A DNA stretch of 64,000 nucleotides. Source: Octopus sinensis. Lineage: Eukaryota. A program made the translations under genes and the position numbers. Where the stretch lies: NCBI RefSeq assembly GCF_006345805.1, contig NC_043007.1, positions 34,534,001 through 34,598,000 on the forward strand, in the 5' to 3' direction. Shown here piece after piece: positions 40,997 through 52,397 of the stretch; positions within the stretch are counted from its first letter, which is position 1, and each line of letters starts with the position of its first letter. The notes beneath the pieces were generated by a model. It worked only from the letters and a program-made list of their open reading frames with translations, was not told where the DNA came from and did no database searches.

Positions 40997-41853
40997 ATTA
41001 TATATATAATTTCCAGATTATTAAAATATCGAACAGCATATGCAGGCATCGCTCTTTTGACGTGTTAGCTATAAATTCTCAAAGTACTTACCTTTAGTTA
41101 AATGGAGTTTTTCGAAAATTAAGCTTTATATGTATAGATGCAGAGCAAATCTGGTGTGAGCGATTGTCACAACAAAAGGCAATTTCATATGTGCTGTCTT
41201 CCTTGAAACAGACTTTGCGTCTCGTCTGCTGTGAGCCACGCTGAACTGCTTACTAAATAAACTCTTGATTATTTAGTAAACCCACATTACCGTCGATGTG
41301 GTTGAATAACCAACCCCAACTAGTCGGGATTCACAGCACGGGTTGTAGTGTTCATCCTTTCGATCGTTAAATACAAAAAACATGGCTCACGGAATCTCTG
41401 TTCTGAGTGGACCGGACCAACATAAAGTACTCAATAACACAACGCACAGCCGCTCTAGGAATCGAAACCATGATATCACGCCACTAGGCTATACATCTTC
41501 ACACATTATTGGTTGACCTTTGGCTCTCTGGAGTTCCTACGCCCTTTGACGGGTTTTGTTTTTCGTCCCGTCGGATGTCCAACCAGTTAGTTGCCCACGT
41601 ACTGGATCACACATGACCAGTAGCGCTCGAGACGGCCTTAACGCATGTGCATTAAAAATGAGTAGTCTTGTGCCAACATTGGAACGAGGACACGTTTAAG
41701 GAGAAGATGCAATAGATTAAAATGAACTCCCAGTACTTACTGGTACATATTTTATCTATTCAAGAAGAACAAAACGCAAATTGGACCTTTGCAAGACGAA
41801 GTTAGAAACCATCCTATTCTTATTTCAACATAATGTGTCTTGAAATATATTAT

Positions 41854-42266
41854 GGATCTTTTCGGTTTGAACGGCAGTTTTTTCTAGTGGTGTCATATGA
41901 AATTGTCACCCATAATTATGACCCTAGTATCGATCTATTGCATTTCAATCTGTTTTAGGGTTAGGGGTGGGGGGAAGGGTACCTTTTTTTTCTTCAGAAA
42001 TGTAAATAAACCCAATCTGTTTCTTAAACGAGGGACATATTCATACGGCACAGAATGTTTTCACCTCGATAGACGTTATTGATTGGTTGAAATTGCAGAA
42101 ATTGAAGAAAAAAAAAACAACAAATATCTTACAAACTATAGAATTTTCTCAATAAAGCCAAGAGAAAAGTATGTTTTATAAACACATTCTACCAGTATAC
42201 GAAGTTTAAAAGTGTTTAGTTACCTAGAAATTATGTTAAAAACTGCCGTTCAAACCGAAAAGATCC
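41854..42266. mobile_element. MITE with perfect ~29-bp TIRs
   Basis: GGATCTTTTCGGTTTGAACGGCAGTTTTT ... AAAAACTGCCGTTCAAACCGAAAAGATCC. Confidence 0.9.
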
Positions 42267-42869
42267 CGCAAATTCGACCTTCGCAAGGGTTGAAGTTAGA
42301 AACCATCTTATTCTTATATCAACATAATATGTCTTGAAATACATTATTCCAAAGCGTCGTTGTAAAGAACATTTAAAAATTTGGTTGCTATTTCCAGCAG
42401 GTTGAACGACTGCGTAGAGGCTCCCTCGTTAGCTTGGTTATCTGAAAGTCGTTTCTGTTTGTTAATATTGTTGAAGAAAAAATATGATGCCATTTAGACA
42501 AAATTAGTGCGTCTGTCTGTTTAATGGCGATATTTCATTTGAATATGCATTAAAGCTATAGAATTTCAACAACAAAGCAAAATAAACTGCAAAAATAAAT
42601 AAATGAATAAATAAATAAAACGCAAACCAGTTTGAGAAAGATAAAAATCGTCTCGATCTATGATATATTTTTTATTAGGCTATTTATTTCAACAATCCAA
42701 GATCGAAATCAGCCAGTTCGTCACAGTTCTATTACTCTGTCACCAATGATGCATCTAACAAAACATATATCTCACTAATATATTTCCGATAACAGGAAAG
42801 CTGCTTTATAACCGGACTAACAAGATTATCATCTCTTAAAAATTCTACAGTTTCGCAAGAGCAAAAAAA

Positions 42870-42900
<31 letters not shown>

Positions 42901-43106
42901 CAAAAAAAAAAGAAGACAAAATCAAAAATGCAAACATTGAAAGTGAAAAATTTTGAGCAGAAATTTCAATTTTAGTACACAGAAGCTGAGAAGAAATTGA
43001 TACCATTCGACTCTTTGATAATAACAGTGATGATAAATAAATGAATAAAAACCTAACAGCTAGAATATATTATTTGTAGTGAAAAGTAGTATCGGTGAAA
43101 TGGTGG

Positions 43107-43398
43107 TGACCAGTAATAAAGTCATAGGAAATAAAGTCACAGGAAATAAAGTCACAGGAAATAAAGTCACAGGAAATAAAGTCACAGGAAATAAAGTCAC
43201 AGGAAATAAAGTCACAGGAAAAAAAGTCATAGGAAAAAAAGTCACAGGAAAAAAAGTCACAATTTCTGGGATCCGGTGAAATCCACCTCAACTAGCACAA
43301 ACTCCCTCGGACAAAACCCCTCCGGATAAAACCTGACTTTTTTCCTATGACTATTACTCTGAATTTTTTTCCTGCGACACTTTTTTTTACCTGGATTC
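43107..43398. mobile_element. Foldback/MULE-like element with 15-bp subterminal tandem repeats (GGAAATAAAGTCACA, ~10 units)
   Basis: Tandem array on the left; inverted units (gacttttttcctatgac) on the right. Confidence 0.6.
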
Positions 43399-43639
43399 AA
43401 AATGGTAAATGGTTTACAGAATAAAATAAATCACTTTAAACTTGCTAAAACAATAATTGAAGTGGTTTACATGATTGAACATGTAATTTCAAAGTGTTCA
43501 TGTTGTCATAATGAGGATCTGATCGAAGACTTTGTAATTAAAATATCAGGAAAAAATTTTTGAATATAAATGAAGTGGAAGTATACCAAAAAAAAAAAAA
43601 TTTTTTTAATTATCTTCCATCTTACTGTTAGTTTTTTTT

Positions 43640-43885
43640 CTTTATTCTTTTACTTGTTTCAGTCATTAGAATGTGGCCATGCTGGGGCTCCGCCTCGAAG
43701 AACTTTTTAGTCGAATGAATTGACCCCGGTACTTTTTAAAGCCTAGTACTTATTGTATCGACTTCTTTTGCCAAACCGCTAAGTTATGGGAGCCATAAAC
43801 ACACCAACACACACACACACACACACACACACACATTCGGCAGGTTTCTGTCTACGAAATCCACTCACAAGGCTTTAGTCGGACA
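43640..43885 (-). mobile_element. SINE family A, partial
   Basis: Family similarity. Confidence 0.75.
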
Positions 43886-44559
43886 AAAGCCTAGAACAGC
43901 CGTATCCAAGTAATTTTGAAAGCAGAGGTGGATGCTGCATATTATTTCGAAAAAACGGGTGTTATCCTTAAGAAAAAAAAAGAAAAAAGTGTAGTAAAGC
44001 TAGGTACAATATAACTAAGAAAGTGGTTCGTGGGAATTTGTACTGGTGGTGCACTCGCAATGGATGTAATGAACGTTTGTCACTAAGGACAAGACGAAAA
44101 AAAAAAAAAAGAAAACCTCGAATTTTTCGTGTGCATTCAACGTATCTGACCACCAAACCCGTCGTAAGCCACTTTTTATTCGGAAAAGGGGGTGGGAGGG
44201 GGTAAAGAACCTCGAAGTTTCCTGGAACCCAGAAAAGATTTGGCTGCTATTTCTAACACGCCCTGCTACCACGTAACAGCTATTTGCGATAAAGGACACG
44301 ACGTTATCGTAAATAGCTGCTAATGTGGGTGCACTAATGTGGAATAGACTATATCTAAAATTGTGGAAAAAGAGTCAAAAAAAGAAAAACTGCTAGCGAA
44401 ATGTATTTTTGAAATTCTGTGAAATTTTTGTGTTGTAAATTTTGTGATTTAAAAGTGTCAAAAAAGGAAAAAGCTCTGCTAGCGAAGTGTATTTTTGAAA
44501 TTCTGTGGAGTTTTTGTATTGTGAATTTTGTGAATTCAGTAGTAATTTTTGGAAAAAAC

Positions 44560-44749
44560 CCTTATGGGAAGGACTGATGAAATGTAACCACCCGATTTCG
44601 GGGATCGAGTGGGCATTGCACTGCATTGTAATATATTTTCATGACTCATTTTTTAATTTTCTTCGTCTTATTTCATCCTCTTTTATTATTTCTAAGTTCC
44701 CCGATTGTATCGCCCCCTCTTTGTTGGCCCCTTGTGGGTAATAAAAAAA
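44560..44749 (+). mobile_element. 3'UTR and tail of a Tx1-family element (5' limit uncertain)
   Basis: T-rich UTR ending gccccttgtgggtaataaaaaaa. Confidence 0.7.
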
Positions 44750-44825
44750 TTCAGCCGCTTCTACTGAGTGCTGCTGTTGGTTTATTTCTTATACATAAAG
44801 GACTACAGCTTCAATTGCGTACTGC

Positions 44826-46474
44826 GCGTCGTGGAGTGGTTGTTTTTTATAAGTTGCTGACTATTTATTGATTGTTGAATCTTTTGTTGTTGAACTTTTT
44901 TGTTATACGGTTTTGTTATACGGATTTTGGTTGTTGTCTGTCTGTGTTGAGACGGACAGGGGCAGCCCCTCCCTAATGGGAGAGACGGCAAGAATATTCT
45001 AAACCGTATCGGACTTGTCTGCGTCTGAGGAGGAGTTGGAGAAGGCGGTAAGAAAGAATGGACCAGAGATTGGGAATGCTTGTGCTGGAGTGGCCAAAAA
45101 ATCAGAGGAGAGAGAGTTAGACTTGGCCAAACTGCCAAGCTATCAGGAGTTTATCAAGAAGGACGGCGGTGAGGTGGAATTAGCACCGCCACCAAAATGC
45201 AGAGAATGGTACGAGGAAAGGACTATTACATACCGGGTCTATGTAAACGGAAAGAGAAAAATCGAAGTGGTAAATATGGAATGGATAGAAGAGGCTCTGA
45301 GAAGAACAGAGGAGGAGATAACATTTCTGACAAGAGGTATAGGCTACGGTACTGTGGTGGTACAGTTCGGAAGTGAAAGTGTAGCAAGGAGGATGGCGGC
45401 GAAAGCAGTAAAGTCTGAGAGGGTATTCCTTTTGCCCTCATACCTAAACAGGAAAATCACTAGAGTAAGGGTAGAGGGAATACCCCCAAATGTCGAAGCT
45501 GAATGGATTGTGGCAGCTATAATTAGCGGTCATGTAGAAGAAGTAGACATTCTCCATGCCACGGTAAAAATCGAAGGCTGGAGAGGCGCAACGCTAGATT
45601 TGAATGTACAAGCGGATGATGAAGTACTAGAGAATTTAACAGAGAACATCAGAATGGGAGGCGTTATCATGAGAGTGTGGGTGGAGGGCAGAGCTCCACG
45701 CTGTTACAAGTGTGGCCTGAGAGGTCACATAAGAGCTAACTGCCCTCCCCCATCGAAAGATATGGATGCGAAACCACAGAGAGATAGAGGAGGAGCAGAA
45801 CCCAAAGGAGAGAGAGAGAGAGAGAGACAACGGAGGAGGAGGAGGAGGTTTCAAAAGAATGGGAAGAAGTCAGGAAAAAGAGAAGAAGAAGAAAAACAAA
45901 TAATGTTGAACCCCAATCCACCCCAACACCACCCGCACCCTCTGAGACCCACCCTTCCCCTGCAGACAGTGAACCCACCCACTCCCCACCAACAAGAAAA
46001 CAAAAGAGAGAAGCATACGAACAAGATACTAAAAATAAACCTAGGCCCAACATTCTATGTATTGCAGGGAAATAAAAAAAGACTTTGACGGACTACCAAT
46101 GGTGTGATAGGGGACGGAAAAGATGTGCAGTAATCCCAAAGGAACAAGTGGATGAGTTTGTGGAAAGGTGCGAAGGGAAGGACTGGGGAATATCTAAGGT
46201 GAACATGGATGAAGAGACGGTGAAGGAGTTGGAAGAGTGGTTCGAGAGAGAGATAGAGAGGAAGGCATATTGCATTGGGACTGAGCAAGGGATATTTGTT
46301 TGAGACTAATAACTAAAGGACAGGTAAGTGATGCTAGCGGAATGGGGCCGTTAGTATCACTTTCATCTATCATCTTCATATTTCATCTTTCATATCTATG
46401 TTATTGTGATGTTCTATGTCCCCAATGTTTGTAGTGTCCCTTCTGTGTGGCCCCTCGTGGGTAATAAAGAAATA
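44826..46474 (+). mobile_element. Complete ORF1-only non-autonomous Tx1-related retroelement (HAL1-like), 1.65 kb
   Basis: 16-bp TSD TTCAATTGCGTACTGC at 44810-44825 and 46475-46490; ORF1, then ~170 bp, then the shared tail. Confidence 0.85.
45015..46303 (+). pseudogene. ORF1 (Gag-like, CCHC knuckle CYKCGLRGHIRANC), disrupted near 45810 and ~46075
   Basis: Homologous to ORF1 at 47357; ORF 46085-46303 is probably its C-terminus. Confidence 0.8.
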
Positions 46475-46901
46475 TTCAATTGCGTACTGCTTTTTGATTC
46501 ACCGTAAGGTTTGTTATTATTATTACTGTTTAACTGAAGGAAGCCATGTGTCGAAGCCATCAGGAAGCGTCGATGCTTCCTAGGGCTAAACAGCGGTGGT
46601 GTAACCCCCTACGGTCACGTTCACGTTAGATTGACAGTATACAACCATTCTATCGCCCCACCACCGTACATATCTCTATGAGAGATTTAGAAATTTAATA
46701 TTTCTGTTTAACTATTGTTATCACATTTGTTGGTTCCTCGAAAGGGAAACGTTGTTGTGTTGCATTTGTTAAATAATTGTAAACCGTAACCCTCCCCATT
46801 TGGGAGAAGGAGCTTTGGTTATTGTTCAAAAATTGAATTGTGTCCCTGTTTGGGGAAATTGACAATATTTTCATTGTTTATACGGAAGCAATTTTGTTAA
46901 A

Positions 46902-47138
46902 ATGCCTTCGATAGAAGAAAGTCCAAAAATGAATTTCGTTGCAGCCGTCGGCGGGCGTGAGCTCATTAAAATTAAAATGGAAGAAATACAAACCTATTTC
47001 GGATTGATCACCGACAAAGACAGTGAATCTAGGATAACACCACCAAACGAAATAAAAAATTAATTTAAAGAAAAGACTATATTGTCTATAAAGTATACAA
47101 TGTAGAGAAAAAAAAAAGATTTGAACACCTGGAGGAAA
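46902..47138 (+). pseudogene. N-terminal part of a decayed Tx1-family ORF1 (host of the full-length LINE)
   Basis: NFVAAVGGRELIKIKMEE...VYKVYNVEKKKRFEHLEE aligns with ORF1 at 47357. Confidence 0.7.
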
Positions 47139-47356
47139 TCAATTTTTTGCGTTATTAGTAAGTTGATATATATTTTTGCTCTCGTACTATTATCTCTGTT
47201 ATTATATACTGTTGGTCTACCTGTTTTTGTCTATTGTTGTCTAACGGACGAAGTCAGCCTTCGCGCGAAGACTTCGCGTTGGTGTTCCCCCCTCAGTGGG
47301 GGAAAACTACAATTAATTTGGATTTACCAAAGGCTTGTTAAAGCCATTTGTTCAAG

Positions 47357-48736
47357 ATGGAGTCCCCCATCTCTTATTCGCCCGTGACGAGCGAGGATGA
47401 ATACCCGGCGTTGGCGCCAGGAAAAAAAGAGGCGTTGTCGCCAAGAAAAAAAGAGGCGTTGTCGCCGAAGAAAAAAGAGGCGGCGTCGCCCAAGAAAATG
47501 GAAAAACCAGTACCAGCATCAACTCCAGCAAAAAAATTCGCTGAAGTGGCTGGGAAAAAGATCAAAAAAATAAATATAGAAAATTTTAAAAAATTTGCAG
47601 ACTGTGTAAAAAAAGAAGGCACAGAAGTGACTGTGGCCACAAACATACAAATACATGACGATATAGAAAAAAAAAGAATAATATATAAAACTTACGACAC
47701 AACGAAAAAAATGATCCAAAAAATCGAAGAAAAAAAAATAGAGTTTTGTCTAAAACCTTTTATGGATAAAATAACGTATATAAACAGAGGAAAAAGATAC
47801 GGCACAGTGGAGGTGCGTTTTACTACGGAGGAGATAGCGAAGAAACTATCGATGGAGCCAATCAAAGCGGAAAACATTGTCTTACTACCATTGTACAAAG
47901 GAAAAAGGACGTCGAAAATTTCAATGAACAACATACCGCCAGAGGCAGATGCTGAATGTCTGGTGGCAGCAGTGATGGTAGGTCTGGAGGAAAAAATAAA
48001 CATCCTCCAGGCCACAGTGGAAGAAGAGGAGTTTTGGAAAGGGCAAAAAATAGTGATAGCCATTCAGGCGGAGGTGCAAACACTGGAAGAAATTCCAGAA
48101 ACGGTAAAGATTAGTGAAGACGAGAAAATAACAGTTTTCGTGGAGGGCAGGAAGCCGAGGTGCTTCGGCTGCGGCAAGAAGGGTCATGTAAGGGCGGAAT
48201 GCCAACCCCAACCCAAACCGCAGGAAGCACCTAAGCCAAAAGAAAAAGAAGATAATGTGTCACCAGAAGCAGCGTCGGACGGCCCAGAAGGGAAGACTGA
48301 AGGTGTGGAGGTGACGGTGACAGCAGAACCAGCGGCGGAGGAAAAAAAGAGCGAGGAAAAGATAAATGAGGAGAGGTGGGCAAAAATTACCGGAAGGAAA
48401 AAAAGAAAAACGGAAACCACCCCTCCCAGAGTAATTTTAAAAAAGAAAAAAGAGTCAATGAACTCATATATGGCCGTAAAGGCAGCAAATAGCAGACTCG
48501 GAAACGTGTTGGCAGCCATGGCCAAAGTGGAGAAAGTAATGAAAAAAAACGACTTTGTAATTTACAGAATAGGCCGGAAGGATTACGGGCGGATAAAGTC
48601 AGAATTCTTCCATGACGTAGGCCCACTTAGATTGGATGTGACATCTCCACATATATTCGAGGGCCTACGTCAGACTCCCCCACGAGGCCCAGAAAAAGAG
48701 TTAGAAGAACAAGAAAAAACCGAACCACTGATATAA
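47357..48736 (+). CDS. LINE ORF1 nucleic-acid-binding protein (CCHC zinc knuckle)
   Basis: CFGCGKKGHVRAEC; first ATG at 47357; position upstream of ORF2. Confidence 0.9.
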   Translation: MESPISYSPVTSEDEYPALAPGKKEALSPRKKEALSPKKKEAASPKKMEKPVPASTPAKKFAEVAGKKIKKINIENFKKFADCVKKEGTEVTVATNIQIHDDIEKKRIIYKTYDTTKKMIQKIEEKKIEFCLKPFMDKITYINRGKRYGTVEVRFTTEEIAKKLSMEPIKAENIVLLPLYKGKRTSKISMNNIPPEADAECLVAAVMVGLEEKINILQATVEEEEFWKGQKIVIAIQAEVQTLEEIPETVKISEDEKITVFVEGRKPRCFGCGKKGHVRAECQPQPKPQEAPKPKEKEDNVSPEAASDGPEGKTEGVEVTVTAEPAAEEKKSEEKINEERWAKITGRKKRKTETTPPRVILKKKKESMNSYMAVKAANSRLGNVLAAMAKVEKVMKKNDFVIYRIGRKDYGRIKSEFFHDVGPLRLDVTSPHIFEGLRQTPPRGPEKELEEQEKTEPLI

Positions 48737-48744
48737 GGTAAGTA

Positions 48745-51700
48745 ATGGATTACATTTATGTTGGTTGTTTGAACGTGCGCGGCCTGGGAGCAGGCTGGAA
48801 GCAAGGTCGCTTCCTGCATGATATCAGGTCGCGTAATTTAGATGTTATTGTTGCTACAGAAACCCGGTTAGAGGGGCCAAGAGGTCTACTCCCGCTGTTT
48901 GACGGCTACGAGAGTTTTTTCTCTCCTGGCAGTCCTACAGGCGGGAGTGGGGTGTTGGTCCTATTAAAAAGAAACCGGGTTTCTGAGAAAAAGTTAATTT
49001 TTGCAGATCCAGAAGGTAGGCTGGTCGTCATGGATTTGACGTTCAGTAATGGTAAAGTTATCAGACTGGTTGCAATTTACGCACCCAACCATACAGGGCA
49101 AAGTGATTATTTTCGTGAACTAGAAAACTTTCTTGGTACTTCGCATTCATTAGTGGTGCTAGGAGACTTTAACACAATTTGCAAAGCGGATGTAGATTAT
49201 GTTGGCTCGTGTCCAGATAGAAAAGGCAACAGTGGCTTCATGGAACTGCTAAGCCGCTTTGAGCTAGCAGATCCTTATAGGCTGGAATTTCCGAACGCTC
49301 CATTGTGGACATGGTCAAACAGCGACGGATCTTCCAGGTCATATTTAGATAGAATACTAATTAGAAAAGTAGACAGTAAAATAGCTAAGTGTCCACAGTT
49401 TTACCCGATCAGCTACAGTGATCATAAAATGGTCACTTGTAAGCTTGACATAGATAAGGTTAAAAATAGAGGATCCGGTTACTGGAAACTTAATACGTCC
49501 CTTTTGGCGATTAAGGAGTACAAAGACCGGATTAGGAATATAATTCAGAGGGCACTATCTGGTACCATCATTAATAACAAATGGTGGTACGCCCTCAAAC
49601 GAGCCATCAAGTTTGAGTCTATTAGATATAGCATAGGAGTAGTGGCTAGAGAGGCTAGAAGGGAAACTACTCTAGTTAAGGAATTAGAGGAAGCCATGAA
49701 AACTGGCTCTGCGGCTCAGGTGGCGTCCAAGAGACTGGTGTTAAACCAGCACCTCGAGGCCAAACACATGGGCTGCATTGTCAGGGCTAGAATCCGCCAT
49801 ATGGGATGTGAAGGAATCAACGCCGTGAGATGGGCCCGAGTGGTGGAAGCTCGGCATGGTAACGATGCCACGATTCGATCTTTGACGAACCAACAAGGTG
49901 AGTTGATAAACGAACCCGAGGAGATGTGTGAGGCCTTTCAGGAGCACTTCGCTCAGCTTTTCGGTGAGTGCGGCGGACTGGATAGGAGGAGGGCCTTTAC
50001 GGACCTACTCGACGGGCTGCCACGCTTATCGGGGCGAGATGCGGAGGGCTGTGAAGGGCCAATCACGCCTGAGGAGGTGGTTGAGGCAATGGCGGACTGC
50101 GGCGCGGGCAAGGCGCCGGGTTTGGATGGTCTACCCTATGAGTTATATAAGAGTATGCCAGACTTGTTCGGGCACCTACTGGCGGAGGTCTATGCGAACT
50201 GGCAGCAGAACGGGCTTATACCCAGATCTGTGCGCCGGGGAGTAGTGACTCTCGTCAGAAAGGACCCGAGCAAGGGGGAGTGCATTGATAATTTCAGGCC
50301 CATCACTCTACTAAACACAGAGTTGAAGATTTTGGCCAAAGTGTTATCGAAAATATTGGCGCGTGTCGCGGATGGTCTGATCGGAGAGGCACAGACATGT
50401 GCCGTTCCGGGCAGATCCATTCAGGATAATCTCCATCTAATGCGGTACACTATAGAGGGGTTTAATAGTGATTCTGGCAAGGGTGGGGCACTGGTCCATT
50501 TAGACCAATCTAAAGCTTTTGATAGGGTCGACCATCGTTACCTGGTATCTGCCCTGGCACAGTTCGGGCTGAGCCTTGGCTTCCTCAGGTGGATTATCCA
50601 AATTTATGATAACATCGACTCGGTAGTTCGGGTGAACGGCTTCTTGTCGAAGCCGTTCAAAATCAAACGCTCGGTTCGTCAAGGGTGTCCGCTCTCCCCG
50701 CTTTTGTACGTGATGGCTCTCGAGCCATTACTGCGAAAACTGAGCAGCATCCCGAGACAGCCAGGTAATGGAAAATCAGTGTCAGCGTACGCGGATGACA
50801 TCACCATCATCGTAACCGAAATGGACCACCTATGTAAAGTAGGCAAGGCCATAGAGGTTTACGAGACGGTGACAGGAGCAAAAGTTAATCGCGAAAAGTC
50901 AGTCGGCTTGCAACTCGGCACCTGGAGAGGCAAGTCGATGCCTCCTGACAGCGTCGTGGGACGTTGGACGGAGGGTCCGATTAAACTGCTAGGGGTCTGG
51001 TTCGGTCCAGACCTCCAAATAGAGAAGAATTGGGGCGAGGTAACGAGCAAGGTGGCTGCAGTAGCCAAGACCTGGTCTTGGCGGTGGCTATCCCTGAAAG
51101 GGAGGGCGGAGGTGGCCAATGTGTTTATCGCATCGGTTATCACCTACCGCCTTTCCGTCGTTCCTTGCCCTGATTCGTGGTTGATCAAGTTGGAAAGACA
51201 GCTCTTCTACTTCTTGTGGAAGGGCGGGAAACCACTTGTGAAACGCTCTACTTGCTGTCAACAACCGTTAAAGGGTGGGCTAGGGATGCCTTGGCTGATG
51301 ATGCGCAGACATGCGCTGAGGTTAAGACATCTGTGGCTCTACCTGGATGGTGAACGGGTGTGGTCTTCGCTAGCAAAACTGATGTTTCCCAAGTTCACTA
51401 GTTTCGGTGGATGGGAAACCTGGCTGAATCGTAGATCGAAACTTGGTACTTGGTACACGGAGTGTCGCAAGGCTCTCCTGCTATTCCGTCGCTCGGGCAA
51501 CGCCTGCGGTGGGGGTTCCACCACATTCTTCTATAGAGGGTTGGTAGAGGCGGAATGTGAAGATACCTTGGGGGAAACCCTAGGTCTCGACGATAATCAG
51601 CTGGCCAGTCTGTTCCGACGTACGTTCGAGCCGAGGACACTGGACAACTTCCAGAAGTCTCTGGCATGGCAATGCTACAGAGGAGCTCTACCTGTTCGGG

Positions 51701-52140
51701 ATAACCTTGCAAGGCACGGTGGCCAAGACAGTCCGATATGTCCAAGATGCGGGCGGGATAGGGAAACCGTCCCGCACGCTATTGTTCATTGTCCGGACGT
51801 GTCTGAGGTGTGGGTTTATGCCGAACACCTGTTGTCAGGTACACGAAGAGTACAGCTGTCGACTGAGTCGATTACAAAAATTGACCCACCGGATTTCCTC
51901 GTGAATGAAGGTAAGTTTCGTTTTCTCGTTGTAGTAGCAATTGCGAAAGAGGTGATATGGAAGACGAGAATGAAAGGTTTACAGTCAGGCAAGTTCATCT
52001 CCGGCCCTGGTTTGATGAATTATTTTATCTTTCACCTGAAAAGGAAGATAGGGCTGGAGAGAATATGCCTGACTAGGAGAGTGTATGAAGAACGATGGAA
52101 GGATGTAGCACGAAAGTTGCGAGTGAAAGATACAACATAA
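48745..52140 (+). CDS. LINE ORF2: APE endonuclease, reverse transcriptase and C-terminal zinc finger
   Basis: LNVRGL, GDFN, YLDR, SDH; GYWKLN; KAPGLDG, FRPITL, KAFDRV, VRQGCPLSP, YADD; CPRC..ETVPHAIVHC. Confidence 0.97.
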   Translation: MDYIYVGCLNVRGLGAGWKQGRFLHDIRSRNLDVIVATETRLEGPRGLLPLFDGYESFFSPGSPTGGSGVLVLLKRNRVSEKKLIFADPEGRLVVMDLTFSNGKVIRLVAIYAPNHTGQSDYFRELENFLGTSHSLVVLGDFNTICKADVDYVGSCPDRKGNSGFMELLSRFELADPYRLEFPNAPLWTWSNSDGSSRSYLDRILIRKVDSKIAKCPQFYPISYSDHKMVTCKLDIDKVKNRGSGYWKLNTSLLAIKEYKDRIRNIIQRALSGTIINNKWWYALKRAIKFESIRYSIGVVAREARRETTLVKELEEAMKTGSAAQVASKRLVLNQHLEAKHMGCIVRARIRHMGCEGINAVRWARVVEARHGNDATIRSLTNQQGELINEPEEMCEAFQEHFAQLFGECGGLDRRRAFTDLLDGLPRLSGRDAEGCEGPITPEEVVEAMADCGAGKAPGLDGLPYELYKSMPDLFGHLLAEVYANWQQNGLIPRSVRRGVVTLVRKDPSKGECIDNFRPITLLNTELKILAKVLSKILARVADGLIGEAQTCAVPGRSIQDNLHLMRYTIEGFNSDSGKGGALVHLDQSKAFDRVDHRYLVSALAQFGLSLGFLRWIIQIYDNIDSVVRVNGFLSKPFKIKRSVRQGCPLSPLLYVMALEPLLRKLSSIPRQPGNGKSVSAYADDITIIVTEMDHLCKVGKAIEVYETVTGAKVNREKSVGLQLGTWRGKSMPPDSVVGRWTEGPIKLLGVWFGPDLQIEKNWGEVTSKVAAVAKTWSWRWLSLKGRAEVANVFIASVITYRLSVVPCPDSWLIKLERQLFYFLWKGGKPLVKRSTCCQQPLKGGLGMPWLMMRRHALRLRHLWLYLDGERVWSSLAKLMFPKFTSFGGWETWLNRRSKLGTWYTECRKALLLFRRSGNACGGGSTTFFYRGLVEAECEDTLGETLGLDDNQLASLFRRTFEPRTLDNFQKSLAWQCYRGALPVRDNLARHGGQDSPICPRCGRDRETVPHAIVHCPDVSEVWVYAEHLLSGTRRVQLSTESITKIDPPDFLVNEGKFRFLVVVAIAKEVIWKTRMKGLQSGKFISGPGLMNYFIFHLKRKIGLERICLTRRVYEERWKDVARKLRVKDTT

Positions 52141-52397
52141 ATGTAATACCAAGCGCAACCAAAAGTATCAGTGGGGAGGCGGGGCTCGTGGGGTCCGAGC
52201 TAAACCCGCACCCACTCCACCCGTAATGTCTTCCGGTCTGTCCCATCATTCGATTTCTGTCCATTTATTGTAATTCATGAAAATTTTTAAATCCGATTTA
52301 TTGTAAAAATCACTCGTTTGTCTGACCCCATCATCAGATTGTATTGTCCCATCTATGTTCGCCCCTTGTGGGTAATAATAAAACAACCTGGAGGAAA

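Larger units (their letters stand above)
47139..52385 (+). mobile_element. Full-length Tx1/L1-superfamily LINE, both ORFs intact
   Basis: 12-bp TSD ACCTGGAGGAAA at 47127-47138 and 52386-52397; 5'UTR, ORF1, ORF2, 3'UTR and A-rich tail. Confidence 0.95.

Noticed and set aside
43060-43291. Pentapeptide-repeat ORFs (VTGNK)n
   Set aside because: 15-bp subterminal DNA repeats of a transposon-like element
46085-46303. Separate conserved small ORF (also 63736-63960) as a novel second gene
   Set aside because: Comparing the two copies suggests it is the ORF1 C-terminus cut off by copy-specific lesions; a family consensus is needed to be sure
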